A stretch of 63,818 nt of DNA, filler included, from Octopus bimaculoides (taxonomy: Eukaryota), in assembly GCF_001194135.2 (NCBI RefSeq). It is 5 parts of 5 records of this genome, joined end to end, with 100 filler letters (N's around TTAATTAATTAA, not from the genome) between each part and the next. Parts side by side here need not be neighbours in the genome. Positions count along the whole stretch, not along the records: positions 1 to 26,789 come from NC_068985.1; 4 more parts are not named here. The stretch is one strand, 5' to 3'. The notes under the pieces are model-generated. The model was not told the DNA's origin. It made no database searches and saw only the letters and a list, made by a program, of their open reading frames with translations. Each line of letters starts with the position of its first letter. Position 1 is the stretch's first letter. Positions 11,137-23,052 of this stretch are shown here, in pieces. The translations under genes were made by a program, and so were the position numbers.

Positions 11137-14100
11137 CACACACACATGAACATGAAATTTGTTTATATATATATATATATCAGTGTGCATGTATGTGTAT
11201 GTAATAACTTACATAATGAATGCTATTTTGCAGCAATATACATGTATACACACACACACATACACACATCATACATCATACTATGTGTTTGTGTGTGTGT
11301 TTGTATCCATGCACACAGAGGCCCACACAAACACACAGAATCAATATTTATCCTGCAACACTATGGATTAAGAAACGAACAGATACAGAACAGTGGAATG
11401 GTAAAACGGTAGCAAATTTTTTTTAATCAATTTCCTCTTTGTTTTTGGCAAAGTTTTTGGTTAATTGCAACAACTCTCTCTCTCTCTCTCTCTCTCTCAT
11501 CTCCTACTCAACAAATGTAGTTTGCAGACTTTCTGCTTTACGACAGTGGAACACTCATCTAAAATATTGGAACTTTCCAAACTTATACTCTATGACTATG
11601 GAAATTTTANNNNNNNNNNNNNNNNNNNNNNNNNNNNNNNNNNNNNNNNNNNNNNNNNNNNNNNNNNNNNNNNNNNNNNNNNNNNNNNNNNNNNNNNNNN
11701 NNNNNNNNNNNNNGCAAGTGTCTTCTACTATAGCCTTGGGCCGACCAAAGAGTTGTGAGTGGATTTGGTAGACGGAAACTGAAAGAAGCCCATCGTATAT
11801 ATATATATAAATATATATATGTGTGTGTGTTTGTCCCCCCAACATCGCTTGACAACCGATGCTGGTGTGTTTACGTCCCTGTAACTTAGTGGTTCGGCAT
11901 AAGAGATCGATAGAATAAGTACTAGGCTTCCAAAGAATAAGTCCTGGGGTCGATTTGCTAGACTAAAAGGTGGTGCTCCAGCATGGCTGCAGTCAAATGA
12001 CTGAAACAAGTAAAAGAGTAAAGAAAGAGTTCTCCAGAATACAAATTTATGACTTTGGAACTCTTTAGACTGCCAATAGGAGCCTTGAAACTCTCCAAGA
12101 CATTCAGTCTAGGATTAGGAATATTTAGATATCTTAACACTGGAATGTTTTACATCAGCAGTCCCCAATCTTTTTAGCACCATGGGTCAATTTCATGCAA
12201 GACAATTTTTCCAAGACCAGGAGATCATTCATGCTCATAGCAAAACACAATAAGGGACAAGGATCTACAGACGTTGGGACTCACAGAGGGGACGACAGGG
12301 AAGCAAAACTCCTGGTCGTTTGCTGTATTTGAAAAGACATGTTAAGCTAAATAAAAGTGTAGTTGCCCCTGCATAGAGGCTCATCCCCAGCAACCCTTCT
12401 TCAGCTGAGCATCCCTAACCTTACAGGCTCATTTGTGCTGGTGTCACATGAAAAGCCCTTGTGCTGGTGCTGTGTAAAAGCAACCAGTACACCCTATAAA
12501 GTGGTTGGCATTAGGAAGGACATGCAACCGTAAAAACCCTGCCAACAGACATGAAGCCTGAACAGCCCTTCAGCTGGTCAGCTCCTGTCAAAAGGGCCAA
12601 CCTATGCCAGCATGGAAAATGGATGTTAAATGATGATGTTACATATATAATGCTATGGACCCATTATTGGCATCAGATCAGACAACTGAAGTGTTCTGTA
12701 TCAGATTGCTCCAAAATATCTTCGGCCTCTCGGTCTCATGGGGCAGGACAAGGTGCCTCATACTGAAATCCTCCTGAAGGCTGAGATCTACAGCATTATA
12801 GCCTGCATCTTTTGTCACCATCTCTGCTGGGTTGGCCATGTGATTTGGATGCCAGTAACCAGCTCCCAAAGATGGTAATTTTCAGCAAGATTGAGAGTAG
12901 GTGTAGGCCTCATGGACGTCCAAGACTTCGTTTTCAAGATCAACCTCAAGCAGTCTCGCATTTTATGCGATGTCCTTCCCAATCAGTTGGAGGCCCTGGT
13001 TGTTAATTGGGAGACATGGAAGTCCATGTGTGATGCTAGAGTGGAGCACTTTCAAGCCAAATGCAAGAAACTGCATAAAAAGAGAAGAAGACATTGTCGT
13101 CAATCCCTTGCAGCTGTTGTATGGATGGGGTCACTTTCAGTGTCCTCAGTGCCACAGGATCTGCCTATCTCATTATTGGTCTAGTCAGCCACATCCACTC
13201 ACATCAGAAACAATGTGCTGGAAGTGGAAAAGGATCTATGTCCAGGATTGATACTTATCACCCTTTGACAGGCCATTATAAGCAGTAAGTATAATACTAT
13301 TATACAATTTTGAAAAGGACCGAGAGAGCAATGTGCAGTGTGAAACTGTTGGATAAAAGGAGGGCTGAGGACTTAATTGGGGTCCTGGAGTTGGAGGAAT
13401 CAGTGGAACAGCTGGCAAGGGTGAATGGGGTGCAGTGGTGGAGGGGACAGGTGTTGAGGAGGGATGAAGATCATGTTCTGAGGAGAGTGATTCAGTTTAA
13501 AGGGAACGAACTGCAAAAGCAAGGTTGTCCCAAGAAAACATGGAGGGGACAGGTGGAGAAGATTGGGAAGGTTGGCTTGAGGAGGGAGGATGCCCAAAAC
13601 CTGGCGAGATCGTCTGAGAGCACGATGCTGTAAGAGTGAGGTAGATCTGGCCACTCCTGTTAATGAGGAAAAAATCTGGATTTAAAATATTGGACATCAT
13701 CAAAATCCCCCCAGCGGACTGCGATAGTCAATAAAATAGTAATTAAACTAAGAAATTTTTTTTTTTTCCATGTGGCCCAGTACTAAATGTTCCACGGCCT
13801 AATACTAGTCGGTGGCCCAGTGGTTGGGGACACCTGCACTAGGTAACTCTTCTACAATGTCAAGATACATTAGAGGCATATTCTCTCAATTTGACATCTT
13901 TTTAAATGTCCAGACTAAAATTTCAGAACTCAACTTCAAAACTCACCAATCATCCAGTCTAAGATTCACAGGAAATAAAAATAGTAAAAGAAAAAAAAAA
14001 AAGGTTAAGCACCTAATCTAAGCAGCTTGGAAAAAGTAGACATTAATACAATAATGATGATGATGCACACACACACACACACACAGACAGATACTCTACA

Positions 14101-14552
14101 GGCTTCTAATAAAATTCCAGGTTGACCAGAGCATTGTGAATGGATTTGAAACAGGGAAAATGGAAGAAGCCCATTTTGTGTGTGTGTGTGTGTGTACACA
14201 GATACTCTACAGGCTTCTAATATAATCCCAGGTTGATCAGAGCATTGTGAATGGATTTGAAACAGGGAAAAAACAGGGAAAAAATGGAAGAAGTCCATTG
14301 TGTAGGTGTGCATATGTGTGTGTGTGTGTGTGTGTGTGTTTGTGTGTGTGTATAGAAAAATTAACAAACAGCTAGGCACAACATAAGACCATAAAAGAAA
14401 GGTTTAATTGTCACTGAACGAGACTGAGGGTGCAGAAGCATCTATATTGCTTGAAATAAGAGTTAAAATCTTTTAATGCTGTAGGAAGAGTGCTATACAC
14501 TGACAGGAGAGATAACCACCCCATGACTGTATATACACACACTAACCCATAG

Positions 14553-14591
<39 letters not shown>

Positions 14592-17284
14592 CGTATAGCT
14601 GTGTGAGTATGCTTGTATTTCCTATCTTGACATTGGTGGATTGTTGTAAATGAATTCTGCAAAAAACATGTCTGGCTATGGTGGGTGGGACAGGGGGCTG
14701 CAGGGTGGGAATATTACTTTGCTTAGAAAGAGGTGAGGGATGGCGACAGGAATTTGGGGAGTCATCCAACCAATGAAAATCTGCCTCCATAAATCCTGTC
14801 TGACCCATGCAAGCATGGAAAAGAGGACATTAAATTGATGGTGATGATAATAACAATGGTGGTGGTGATGATGGTGATGATGGTGATGGTTGTAGTGGTG
14901 GTGATGATGATGATGGTGGTGGTGGTGGTGATGATGATGATGGTGGTGGTGGTGGTGGTGGTGGTGGTGATGATGATTATGATGGTGGTGGTGATGATAA
15001 CAATGATCTATACATATATGCAAAATGGGTTCTGCACCACTGTAAAAAAAACAAAAAAACAAAAACCAAAAGGTAGTATAGAAGGAAGACCCCTTCCCCC
15101 AACCTTGTTAAAGAAATGAAAGTGGACTTACTGAAAGGCCAGTTTTGAAAAGGTCCGCCACGTTGGCTTGGCTTGAGTACCTGCCCTCTTCAAGTTGATC
15201 AAGACTACCTACGCTTGAGCTCGACGTACTGTGATAACTTTGACGAGACGAGACACCCGACTCGTAACTCTGCCCTGATAATCGATGCTGTGCTTTGATT
15301 TGGATGTTTACAAAATTGTGGTGATTCTGCAAAATAACACGATGGCATGGTACTTCAATATATGGATTCTTACAATTGTAGCAGCAGCAGCAGCAGCAAA
15401 TAACAACAACAACAACAATTTTTTAATCACAATATCAACAACATCACCAACAACAATTTCACACCACAAAGCTACAACTGGAGATATTTATAATATTATT
15501 CTGCAACTGTCTATTTCTGTAATGCTAAGACTATGGAACAAAATCGAAGACATAATCTAGTGCACACGAAACATATTATTCTTAAGGCCATTTATTGACT
15601 ACTAAATTATGGAATGCAATTGAAGACATAATCTTTTATCAATACAACACACATATTCCATATATAGATATTATCTGTAAGACAACAGATAAATATTTAA
15701 AATTAAGTATGGCATATATATATATCCTTTTACTAATTACAGTCATAGGTCAGTACATCCAAATGTTTAGTTGATCATATTGGTCCCAGTACTTATTTTA
15801 TCAATCTCTACTTGTTGAACTAGTGTCATGGAACATAAACAGCATTGGGTGTTTTCTTCTTTGGCTTTTTTCTTAAAGCAGTGCCAACCTCAACACACAA
15901 GCATATATATGATAGTTAGCTTGACATGGTTTCCTTTTTTTTTTACTGAATTCCACACACAAGGAATTTGTATACTTGAGGTGCTGTTGTGGCTGTCTGG
16001 TAAGAAGTTTGCATCCTGACCACATGGTTTTGCATTCAGTCCCACTGCATGGCACCTTGGACAAGTGTCTCCAGACCAACTAAAGCCTTGTGGGTGAATT
16101 AAGTAGACAGAAATTGAAAGAAGCCCATCATAGGTATATACATACAGTGGTGTGGAGAGAGGAGGCTGGTACACATGGGCGACTGCTGGTCTTCCACTAA
16201 CAACCTTGCCTGGACTTGTACCTCAGAGGGAAACTTTCTAAGTGCAATCTCACAGTCATTTGTGACTGAAGGGGCCTTTACCATATATATATATATATGT
16301 ATATGTGTGAGTGTGAAAGAGCATTGCTTAGTGGTTAGATTGTTGGGCTAACAATCATGAGGTAGTGAGTTCAATTCCTGGACCGGGCTATGTGCTGTGT
16401 TCTTGAGCAAGACACTTTATTTCACTTTGCTCCAGTTCACTCAGCTGTAGAAATGAGTTGCAATGTCACTGGTGCCAAGCCGTATCAGCCTTTGCCTTTC
16501 CCTTGGATGACATCGGTGGCGTGGAGAGGGGAAGCTGGTATGCATGGTCTTCCATAAACAACTTTACTCAGATTTGTGCCACAGAGGGTAACATTCTAGA
16601 TGCTAACCCTTGGTCATTTGTGATCAAAGGAGGTCTTTACCATTTACTGTGTTGTAGTACTGCTCTGGAGAAGAGTCATGACTACATTCTAGCATGTTGT
16701 TGTAGCAGTATAATGGTGGTGTAATCACGGCAGTGTGTTAATTCGCTATGATCACAGTTCGTGACGCTTTACTAAGACATACACTAAAATTCATGAGAGA
16801 CGACAACTTCTTAGTATAAAAGTTACAATATTCTCCAGCGTTGTGTATATTCTACTGGCAGAAACAAACATTGGTGCTCTCTGAGTCTTGTTGGAATGAC
16901 CGTTTTGTAACTGGATGTCCATCTTACAGTAAACCATTCAATAATGGAGCAGAGAGTGGTGCAAACCACTTTTGTATTCATCAGTCAAACCCAAAGAGAA
17001 AAAACAGAGTTATGCCCCTTCGTTAGGGACACAAGCTCTGGATGCTTGGCCAGGACGAAGTAGTCCAGTAAGTTCAGAAACATCTATCACGGTTATTGTT
17101 GTAGTATGTTATGTCTAAGGGTTTTATTTTTGGTTGTGTGGTAAGAGGTTTGCTTCCTAATCACATGATTCTGGGTTCAGTCCCACTGCGTGGCATCTAA
17201 GGGTCAAGTGTGTTCTACAAAGCCTTGGGCTAACTGAAGCCTTGTGTGTGAATTTGGTAGATGGAAACTGAAAGAAGCCCATCA

Positions 17285-17328
<44 letters not shown>

Positions 17329-17529
17329 TGCATTTGTGTTTGCCCCCCTCCCCACCACCACCACTGCTTGACAACCAGTGCTGGTATGTTTATGTCCCTG
17401 TAACTTAGCAGTTCAGCAAAAGAGATTGATAGAATAAGTACCGGGCTTTAACAAAAAACAAGTCCTGGAGTCGATCTGTTTGATGGTACCCCAGCTTGGC
17501 TGCAGTCAAATGACTGAGANNNNNNNNNN

Positions 17530-17594
<65 letters not shown>

Positions 17595-18267
17595 AGCACT
17601 CCATCAGTTACGACGACGAGGGTCCCAGCTGATTCAATCAACAGAACAGCTTGCTCATGAAATTAACGTGCAAGTGGTTGAGCACTCCATGGGCTCATGT
17701 ACCCTTAATGCGGTTCTCAGGGAGATTCAGCATGATAAGGCTGGCCCTTTGAAATACAGGTACTACTCCATTTTGCCAGCTGAGTGAACTGGAGCAACAT
17801 GAAATAAAGTGTCTTACTGAAAGGACACAACGCTTCGCTGGGAATTGAACTCACAATCTTATGACATGAGCTAAATATCCCAACCATTAAGCCATGTGCC
17901 TTCATATGAGAAATTATGATAAACACAAGTTAATACCAGTTGATCCTACGTATGTTTCACCATTGTGGTTATTTGGAACAACAGTGTTAGATGTTCAGAG
18001 GGCAATTGACAGCTTAACCACAATAGATCATCAAGGGATGATTCCTGATGATCCATTCTGGTCAAGCATCCAATACAGAGGCTGAGAGTAACCAGTGATG
18101 ACACGTATACAGGAAACAAATGACAAACTTGTGCTTATTGAAATTTTTTTCTACATTTGCTTTCTAAGTCACAGCTAGTAATATTATTGAGTACTGTACT
18201 AACCAAACCTCTACAATGGAAGACGATAATTAAAATCAACAGTAGCATTTGTACATCTAACTGAACT

Positions 18268-18323
<56 letters not shown>

Positions 18324-19014
18324 CATCATTTAACGTCCACTTTCCATGCTGGCATGGGTTGGACGGTTTGACAGGGGAGTTGGGTAGGCAGAAGTCTGCA
18401 CTCTTTTGGCAGGGTTTTTACGTCTGGATGCCCTTCTAACACCAACCACCTTACAAAGTGGACTATATGTATATATATTTAATTTTTCTATTTGGTTTGA
18501 AACTCAGAGTACCAAGGAGTCTGAATCAAACTGTTTTGATCTATACGTGAAACTCCCAATAAATGTGTTGAGTGCCCTTCTTTCATTTGTCCTCGGAAGA
18601 AGTAAGGGAGGGAACTCTTCAAGTAAAAGGTCATGAGGGAGAGGCGAGAGGTGGAGAGCGACAGAGAGAAGAGAGGAGGTGAGAGGAAGAGAGAGAGGGA
18701 AACCAATGAGTAACATCCACCCCTGCCACTAAAGTGTGGGTGTGGAAGTAGTAGTGGTAGTAGTAGTAGTAGTAGTAGTAGTAGCAACAGCAGTATGGTC
18801 AACTCACCTTAATTGGTACAGCAGTGTCCAGCTGTACTGTACTGACTCCACGCCCACTATCAGTGGACGCTGAAGAGTTGCGGTTACTATTTATTGGACT
18901 GTCTTTTGTCGTTGTTCTTATGTCCCCGTTGAAGTGGTTATGTTGCAAATTTGGCCAGTCTCCGACATGGTCACTAACCGGTTGGTTATTGACAATCACT
19001 CGAGCTTGGATCGG
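1..19014 (-). CDS. Caskin: Partial Caskin-family gene model: six exons, 953 nt of CDS in the window (linker + SAM1 + SAM2 + start of C-terminal tail); open at both ends
   Basis: Exons 19014-18808, 15326-15132, 6464-6354, 4698-4597, 3631-3493 and 199-1 have AG/GT boundaries with matching phases (0,0,0,0,1) and splice into one stop-free frame. Tandem SAM motifs ...[30 protein letters not shown]... and ...[24 protein letters not shown]... match vertebrate CASKIN1/2 SAM1 ([29 protein letters not shown]) and SAM2 ([24 protein letters not shown]) as I recall them. Confidence 0.93.
279..775. mobile_element. piggyBac-type MITE (TTAA|CCC...GGG|TTAA) with a nested SINE
   Basis: Ends ttaa-ccctttagca and tgcttaaggg-ttaa form a 9/10 inverted repeat with TTAA target sites. 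Confidence 0.7.
326..625 (-). mobile_element. SINE, family D ((GAT)n-tailed)
   Basis: catcatcatttaacgtc...ccatgctggcatgggttgg...ggatgcccttcctaatgccaaccac motif recurs many times in the window. Confidence 0.8.
857..1298 (+). mobile_element. Two tandem mariner-derived MITEs (~857-1058 and ~1083-1298)
   Basis: Each has ggggtgctg/cagcacccc-type inverted ends. The second encodes the mariner-like C-terminus (L)QGLEKLKDRCNKCVNLRREYVE. Confidence 0.7.
1590..1800 (+). mobile_element. SINE, family D
   Basis: gtggttggtgttaataagggcatccagc...aacccatgccagtatgg...gatgat; the reverse complement of the 326-625 type. Confidence 0.75.
1945..2070 (-). mobile_element. SINE, family D (3' part)
   Basis: catcatcatttaacatcgg...ccatgctggcatggg...ggatgcccttcttaatgccaa. 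Confidence 0.75.
2275..2530 (+). mobile_element. SINE, family D
   Basis: gtggttggcattaggaagggcatccggcc...tccaactcgtgtcagcatggaaaac. Further copies at ~12420-12640(+), 14600-14835(+), 18320-18460(-), 19240-19535(+) and 24820-24920(-). Confidence 0.75.
3493..3631 (-). CDS. Caskin: Caskin exon: SAM2 core, [46 protein letters not shown](G)
   Basis: 139 nt; ctctattttcag acceptor and gtaagt donor; contains the ITWEDL Caskin SAM2 signature. Confidence 0.95.
4597..4698 (-). CDS. Caskin: Caskin exon: SAM1 C-terminal half, [34 protein letters not shown]
   Basis: 102 nt, phase 0/0; tcattgctag acceptor and gtgagt donor. Confidence 0.95.
4828..5437. mobile_element. piggyBac-type MITE with a nested tRNA-SINE
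   Basis: ttaa-cccattagcgccc ... gggcactaatggg-ttaa; 12/13 inverted repeat with TTAA flanks. Confidence 0.75.
4988..5362 (+). mobile_element. tRNA-derived SINE, family A
   Basis: Pol III A box (tggtccagtgg) and B box (ggtttcgattcc); body nearly identical to the copies at 26890-27188 and 48051-48434. Confidence 0.85.
5445..5625 (-). mobile_element. Dispersed repeat monomer related to the 49.5 kb and 52 kb satellite unit
   Basis: tcaaagacattccaatagtgaccatc...ttatccaatgtgt is the reverse complement of the satellite core acacattagataa...gatggtcacagctggaacatctttga. More diverged relatives lie at ~4230-4400 and ~58500-58690. Confidence 0.55.
5936..6219. mobile_element. piggyBac-type MITE, 284 bp
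   Basis: ttaa-cccattacct ... aggtaatggg-ttaa; perfect 10-bp TIR with TTAA flanks. Confidence 0.8.
6354..6464 (-). CDS. Caskin: Caskin exon: SAM1 N-terminal half, [37 protein letters not shown]
   Basis: 111 nt, phase 0/0; ctatttgcag acceptor and gtaagt donor. Confidence 0.95.
7841..8548 (+). mobile_element. Three head-to-tail SINEs, family C ((ATT)n-tailed)
   Basis: Copies start at 7841, 8094 and 8317. Each runs aaggcgg..agctggc...gagttcaaatt...gtcgactttgcctttcatcc...aaatttcaggcc...gtagaaagg and ends in (ATT)n. Confidence 0.85.
9403..9810. repeat. 29-bp minisatellite, ~14 copies (cactggataaggattagggagacatccag)
   Basis: Exact 29-bp period at 9691/9720/9749; more degenerate copies to the left. 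Confidence 0.9.
11714..12025 (+). mobile_element. SINE, family B (bipartite, central (TA)n/(TG)n)
   Basis: gcaagtgtcttctactatagcc...gtagacggaaactgaaagaagccc...gataagaataagtact...gtcaaatgactgaaac. Other copies at ~15980-16135(+), 17130-17518(+), 21380-21750(-), 24500-24730(-), 25376-25800(+), 25860-26010(-), 32640-33020(-) and 39000-39270(-). Confidence 0.8.
12156..12221 (+). mobile_element. hAT/Charlie-like (MER1-type) left end
   Basis: cagcagtccccaatctttttagcaccatgggtcaatttcatgcaagacaattttttcc resembles MER1-type left termini as I recall them. Confidence 0.55.
12700..13215 (+). mobile_element. RTE (BovB-like) LINE 3' fragment, frameshifted
   Basis: QDKVPHTEIL...WVGHVIWM; NQLPKMVIFSKIESRCRPHGRPRLRFQDQ; terminal CPQCHRIC / IGLVSHIHSH zinc-finger remnant. 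Confidence 0.8.
13310..13700 (+). mobile_element. Second RTE-type LINE 3' fragment
   Basis: RAMCSVKLLDKRRAEDLIGVLELEESVEQLARVNGVQWWRGQVLRRDEDHVLRR...GCPKKTW, the typical post-RT RTE tail. Confidence 0.8.
13770..13836 (+). mobile_element. hAT/Charlie-like right end
   Basis: ggcccagtactaaatgttccacggcc...ggtggcccagtggttggggacacctg; terminal inverted match to the 12156 end. Confidence 0.55.
14838..15005. repeat. (GAT/GGT)n compound microsatellite
   Basis: Direct inspection; source of the spurious poly-His and poly-Met/Val ORFs. Confidence 0.9.
15132..15326 (-). CDS. Caskin: Caskin exon: Ser-rich linker before SAM1, NHHNFVNIQIKAQHRLSGQSYESGVSSRQSYHSTSSSSVGSLDQLEEGRYSSQANVADLFKTGLS
   Basis: 195 nt, phase 0/0; ttattttgcag acceptor and gtaagt donor; joins the SAM1 exon in frame. 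An in-frame internal acceptor (gcacag|CATCGA) is also possible. Confidence 0.85.
16318..16640 (+). mobile_element. tRNA-headed SINE, family E
   Basis: A box gcttagtggttag, B box gagttcaattcc, then tgttcttgagcaagacacttt...cactcagctgtagaaatgag. Related heads at ~17780-17900(-) and 60950-61150(-). Confidence 0.7.
18808..19014 (-). CDS. Caskin: Caskin exon: linker, PIQARVIVNNQPVSDHVGDWPNLQHNHFNGDIRTTTKDSPINSNRNSSASTDSGRGVSTVQLDTAVPIK
   Basis: 207 nt, phase 0/0; tttatattttcag acceptor and gtgagt donor; unique sequence among repeats. Assigned to Caskin by position and phase. Confidence 0.78.
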
Positions 19015-20567
19015 CTGAAAATATAAAAAAAAAACACAGTTTAGATATATTAACACAAACAAGAGTGGGTAGAAGTTTGTGGGTACATATACAACCTCTG
19101 TTACAGTAATGGTTAAAGTATAACATTAAGTACTTTAGCATTCAGATTATCCTGTCAAATGTAATGTTATCTCTCTGTCACATTCTAACCTTTCATGACA
19201 TCACCTCCTTTACTAGCTCCTATCTCGAAGGATCTTTGCCTTGGTGACCCTGCCAGTACTTGTACCACGTAAAAAGCATTCAGTCGACACTATAAAGTGG
19301 TTGGTATTTGGAAGGGTGTCCAGTTGTAAAAACCATACCAAAACTGACCTTGCCTGTGCTGGTGCCGCATAAAAAGCACTTAGTCCACTCTGCTGGGTGG
19401 TTGGTGTTAGGAAGGGCACCCAGCCGTAAAAAAAAAGCCATGCTAAAAGACACTGAAGCCTGGTCCGGTCTTCTGCCTAACCAGATTCTGTCAAACCATC
19501 TGACTCATGCCAACATGGAAGACAGATGATGATGATGTTGAAGAGGAAAATGGTTGGAAGTTTATAAAAGACAATGAAATGTATTTATATTCTTTTCTAC
19601 TCTAGGCACAAGGCCCGATATTTTTGGGGAGGGGTCTAATCAATTAGATTGGCCCCAGTACAAAACTGGTACTTAGTTTATGAAATGTACATGTTTATAT
19701 ATANNNNNNNNNNNNNNNNNNNNNNNNNNNNNNNNNNNNNNNNNNNNNNNNNNNNNNNNNNNNNNNNNNNNNNNNNNNNNNNNNNNNNNNNNNNNNNNNN
19801 NNNNNNNNNNNNNNNNNNNNNNNNNNNNNNNNNNNNNNNNNNNNNNNNNNNNNNNNNNNNNNNNNNNNNNNNNNNNNNNNNNNNNNNNNNNNNNNNNNNN
19901 NNNNNNNNNNNNNNNNNNNNNNNNNNNNNNNNNNNNNNNNNNNNNNNNNNNNNNNNNNNNNNNNNNNNNNNNNNNNNNNNNNNNNNNNNNNNNNNNNNNN
20001 NNNNNNNNNNNNNNNNNNNNNNNNNNNNNNNNNNNNNNNNNNNNNNNNNNNNNNNNNNNNNNNNNNNNNNNNNNNNNNNNNNNNNNNNNNNNNNNNNNNN
20101 NNNNNNNNNNNNNNNNNNNNNNNNNNNNNNNNNNNNNNNNNNNNNNNNNNNNNNNNNNNNNNNNNNNNNNNNNNNNNNNNNNNNNNNNNNNNNNNNNNNN
20201 NNNNNNNNNNNNNNNNNNNNNNNNNNNNNNNNNNNNNNNNNNNNNNNNNNNNNNNNNNNNNNNNNNNNNNNNNNNNNNNNNNNNNNNNNNNNNNNNNNNN
20301 NNNNNNNNNNNNNNNNNNNNNNNNNNNNNNNNNNNNNNNNNNNNNNNNNNNNNNNNNNNNNNNNNNNNNNNNNNNNNNNNNNNNNNNNNNNNNNNNNNNN
20401 NNNNNNNNNNNNNNNNNNNNNNNNNNNNNNNNNNNNNNNNNNNNNNNNNNNNNNNNNNNNNNNNNNNNNNNNNNNNNNNNNNNNNNNNNNNNNNNNNNNN
20501 NNNNNNNNNNNNNNNNNNNNNNNNNNNNNNNNNNNNNNNNNNNNNNNNNNNNNNNNNNNNNNNNNNN

Positions 20568-20642
<75 letters not shown>

Positions 20643-21311
20643 GTAATTACAGCAATTCTAAATGCAGACCCGGGCTAAGTGAAAAGAAAATAATCAGAAT
20701 TAACCAGTGGTTATATAAGACAAGCAGAATGGGCAACTTCCAGGAATCATAATGCCATCTAAAGATATTTCTGATTGTCGGTTAATTGCTGCAATCACAC
20801 TCACAACTTATCTCTTACACATTTACACACAAACACACACACTATTTCTCCTACGTTACAAACACAGAAACTAAAGAGCATTAATAATAATAATTGTAAT
20901 AGTCATGGTCATTATATATGCCTGAGTGTGTATATAATATATACAAAATATATATATACATATATACAAGCATACACACATACATATGTATAAATGCATA
21001 CTTATACATAGAGACATACATATATATGTATATATACACATATATACATATATATGTACAAACATATAAATCATACGTGAGCCAATACGGTCGATAGCAA
21101 AACTGTTAAATGCCTTGTGGTAATTATTGCGATAACTCTTTGCATTCTGAGTTCAAATCATATTATATTTCTTTCTTCCCACCGCACAAGAGTCAATAAA
21201 CTGAATACCAGTCAAGTACACCAGTTCAATCTTCTTCTCCTCCACTTTTCTAAGGAACAGCTGTATTACATTGTAACTGAATCAGAAGATATGTGTGTGT
21301 GTGTATGTATG

Positions 21312-21362
<51 letters not shown>

Positions 21363-23014
21363 NNNNNNNNNNNNNNNNNTATATTCCTTTATTCTTTTAT
21401 ATGTTTCAGTCATTTGACTGCGGCCATGCTAGAGCACTGACCTAAAGGGTTTTAGTTGACGAAATCGACTCCAGGACTTATTCTTTGTAAGCCTAGTCCT
21501 TATTCCATCGGTCTCTTTTGCCAAACTGCTAAGTTACGGGGACATAAACACATCAACATAGGTTGTCAAGCAAACGTGGGGGACACAGACATACACATAT
21601 ATATGATGGGTTTCTTTCAGTTTCCCTCTATCAAATTCACTCACTAGGCTTGGTTAGCCCAAGGCTATAGTGAAAGACACTTGCCCAAGTTTAAAGACTG
21701 AACCTGGAACGATGTGGTTGGGAAGCAGGGTTCTTACCACACAGCCACACACACATACACCCATATATATGATGCTGGGTGATTTAGTGGTGAGGGTGAG
21801 ATAACTAGATGAGAGATATATATGGATGATACAGCTTGGTACAGAGATGAGGAATAAATGGAGGGAGGGAAGAGAAAGTTATAGAGGGATGTGAAAGAGG
21901 AAGGAGGGAACGTGTGAGAAACTAAGAGTAAAAGAGGAGGGTGTGAAAAATCAGATGTCTATGTGTATATGCCAACTGTTTGATACATATATAAAACTAA
22001 ATGGTGCTGCCCCAGCGTGGCCACACTCTCTAGTTGAAACTGATCACAGGATATTTTATTTATATATNNNNNNNNNNNNNNNNNNNNNNNNNNNNNNNNN
22101 NNNNNNNNNNNNNNNNNNNNNNNNNNNNNNNNNNNNNNNNNNNNNNNNNNNNNNNNNNNNNNNNNNNNNNNNNNNNNNNNNNNNNNNNNNNNNNNNNNNN
22201 NNNNNNNNNNNNNNNNNNNNNNNNNNNNNNNNNNNNNNNNNNNNNNNNNNNNNNNNNNNNNNNNNNNNNNNNNNNNNNNNNNNNNNNNNNNNNNNNNNNN
22301 NNNNNNNNNNNNNNNNNNNNNNNNNNNNNNNNNNNNNNNNNNNNNNNNNNNNNNNNNNNNNNNNNNNNNNNNNNNNNNNNNNNNNNNNNNNNNNNNNNNN
22401 NNNNNNNNNNNNNNNNNNNNNNNNNNNNNNNNNNNNNNNNNNNNNNNNNNNNNNNNNNNNNNNNNNNNNNNNNNNNNNNNNNNNNNNNNNNNNNNNNNNN
22501 NNNNNNNNNNNNNNNNNNNNNNNNNNNNNNNNNNNNNNNNNNNNNNNNNNNNNNNNNNNNNNNNNNNNNNNNNNNNNNNNNNNNNNNNNNNNNNNNNNNN
22601 NNNNNNNNNNNNNNNNNNNNNNNNNNNNNNNNNNNNNNNNNNNNNNNNNNNNNNNNNNNNNNNNNNNNNNNNNNNNNNNNNNNNNNNNNNNNNNNNNNNN
22701 NNNNNNNNNNNNNNNNNNNNNNNNNNNNNNNNNNNNNNNNNNNNNNNNNNNNNNNNNNNNNNNNNNNNNNNNNNNNNNNNNNNNNNNNNNNNNNNNNNNN
22801 NNNNNNNNNNNNNNNNNNNNNNNNNNNNNNNNNNNNNNNNNNNNNNNNNNNNNNNNNNNNNNNNNNNNNATATATATATATATATATATATATATATTGC
22901 ATACACACACTCACAAGGGTATTTATAAATGTGCATTTGTATATAAGTGCACACACACACACACACACGTGTGTATATATGCACATGCACAAATGTGTGT
23001 GTGTGTATATATAG

Positions 23015-23052
<38 letters not shown>

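Noticed and set aside
17900-18100. Unique-looking stretch between Caskin linker exons as an extra exon
   Set aside because: The phase-0 reading from the best acceptor hits TGA after 16 codons; no phase 0/0 exon found.
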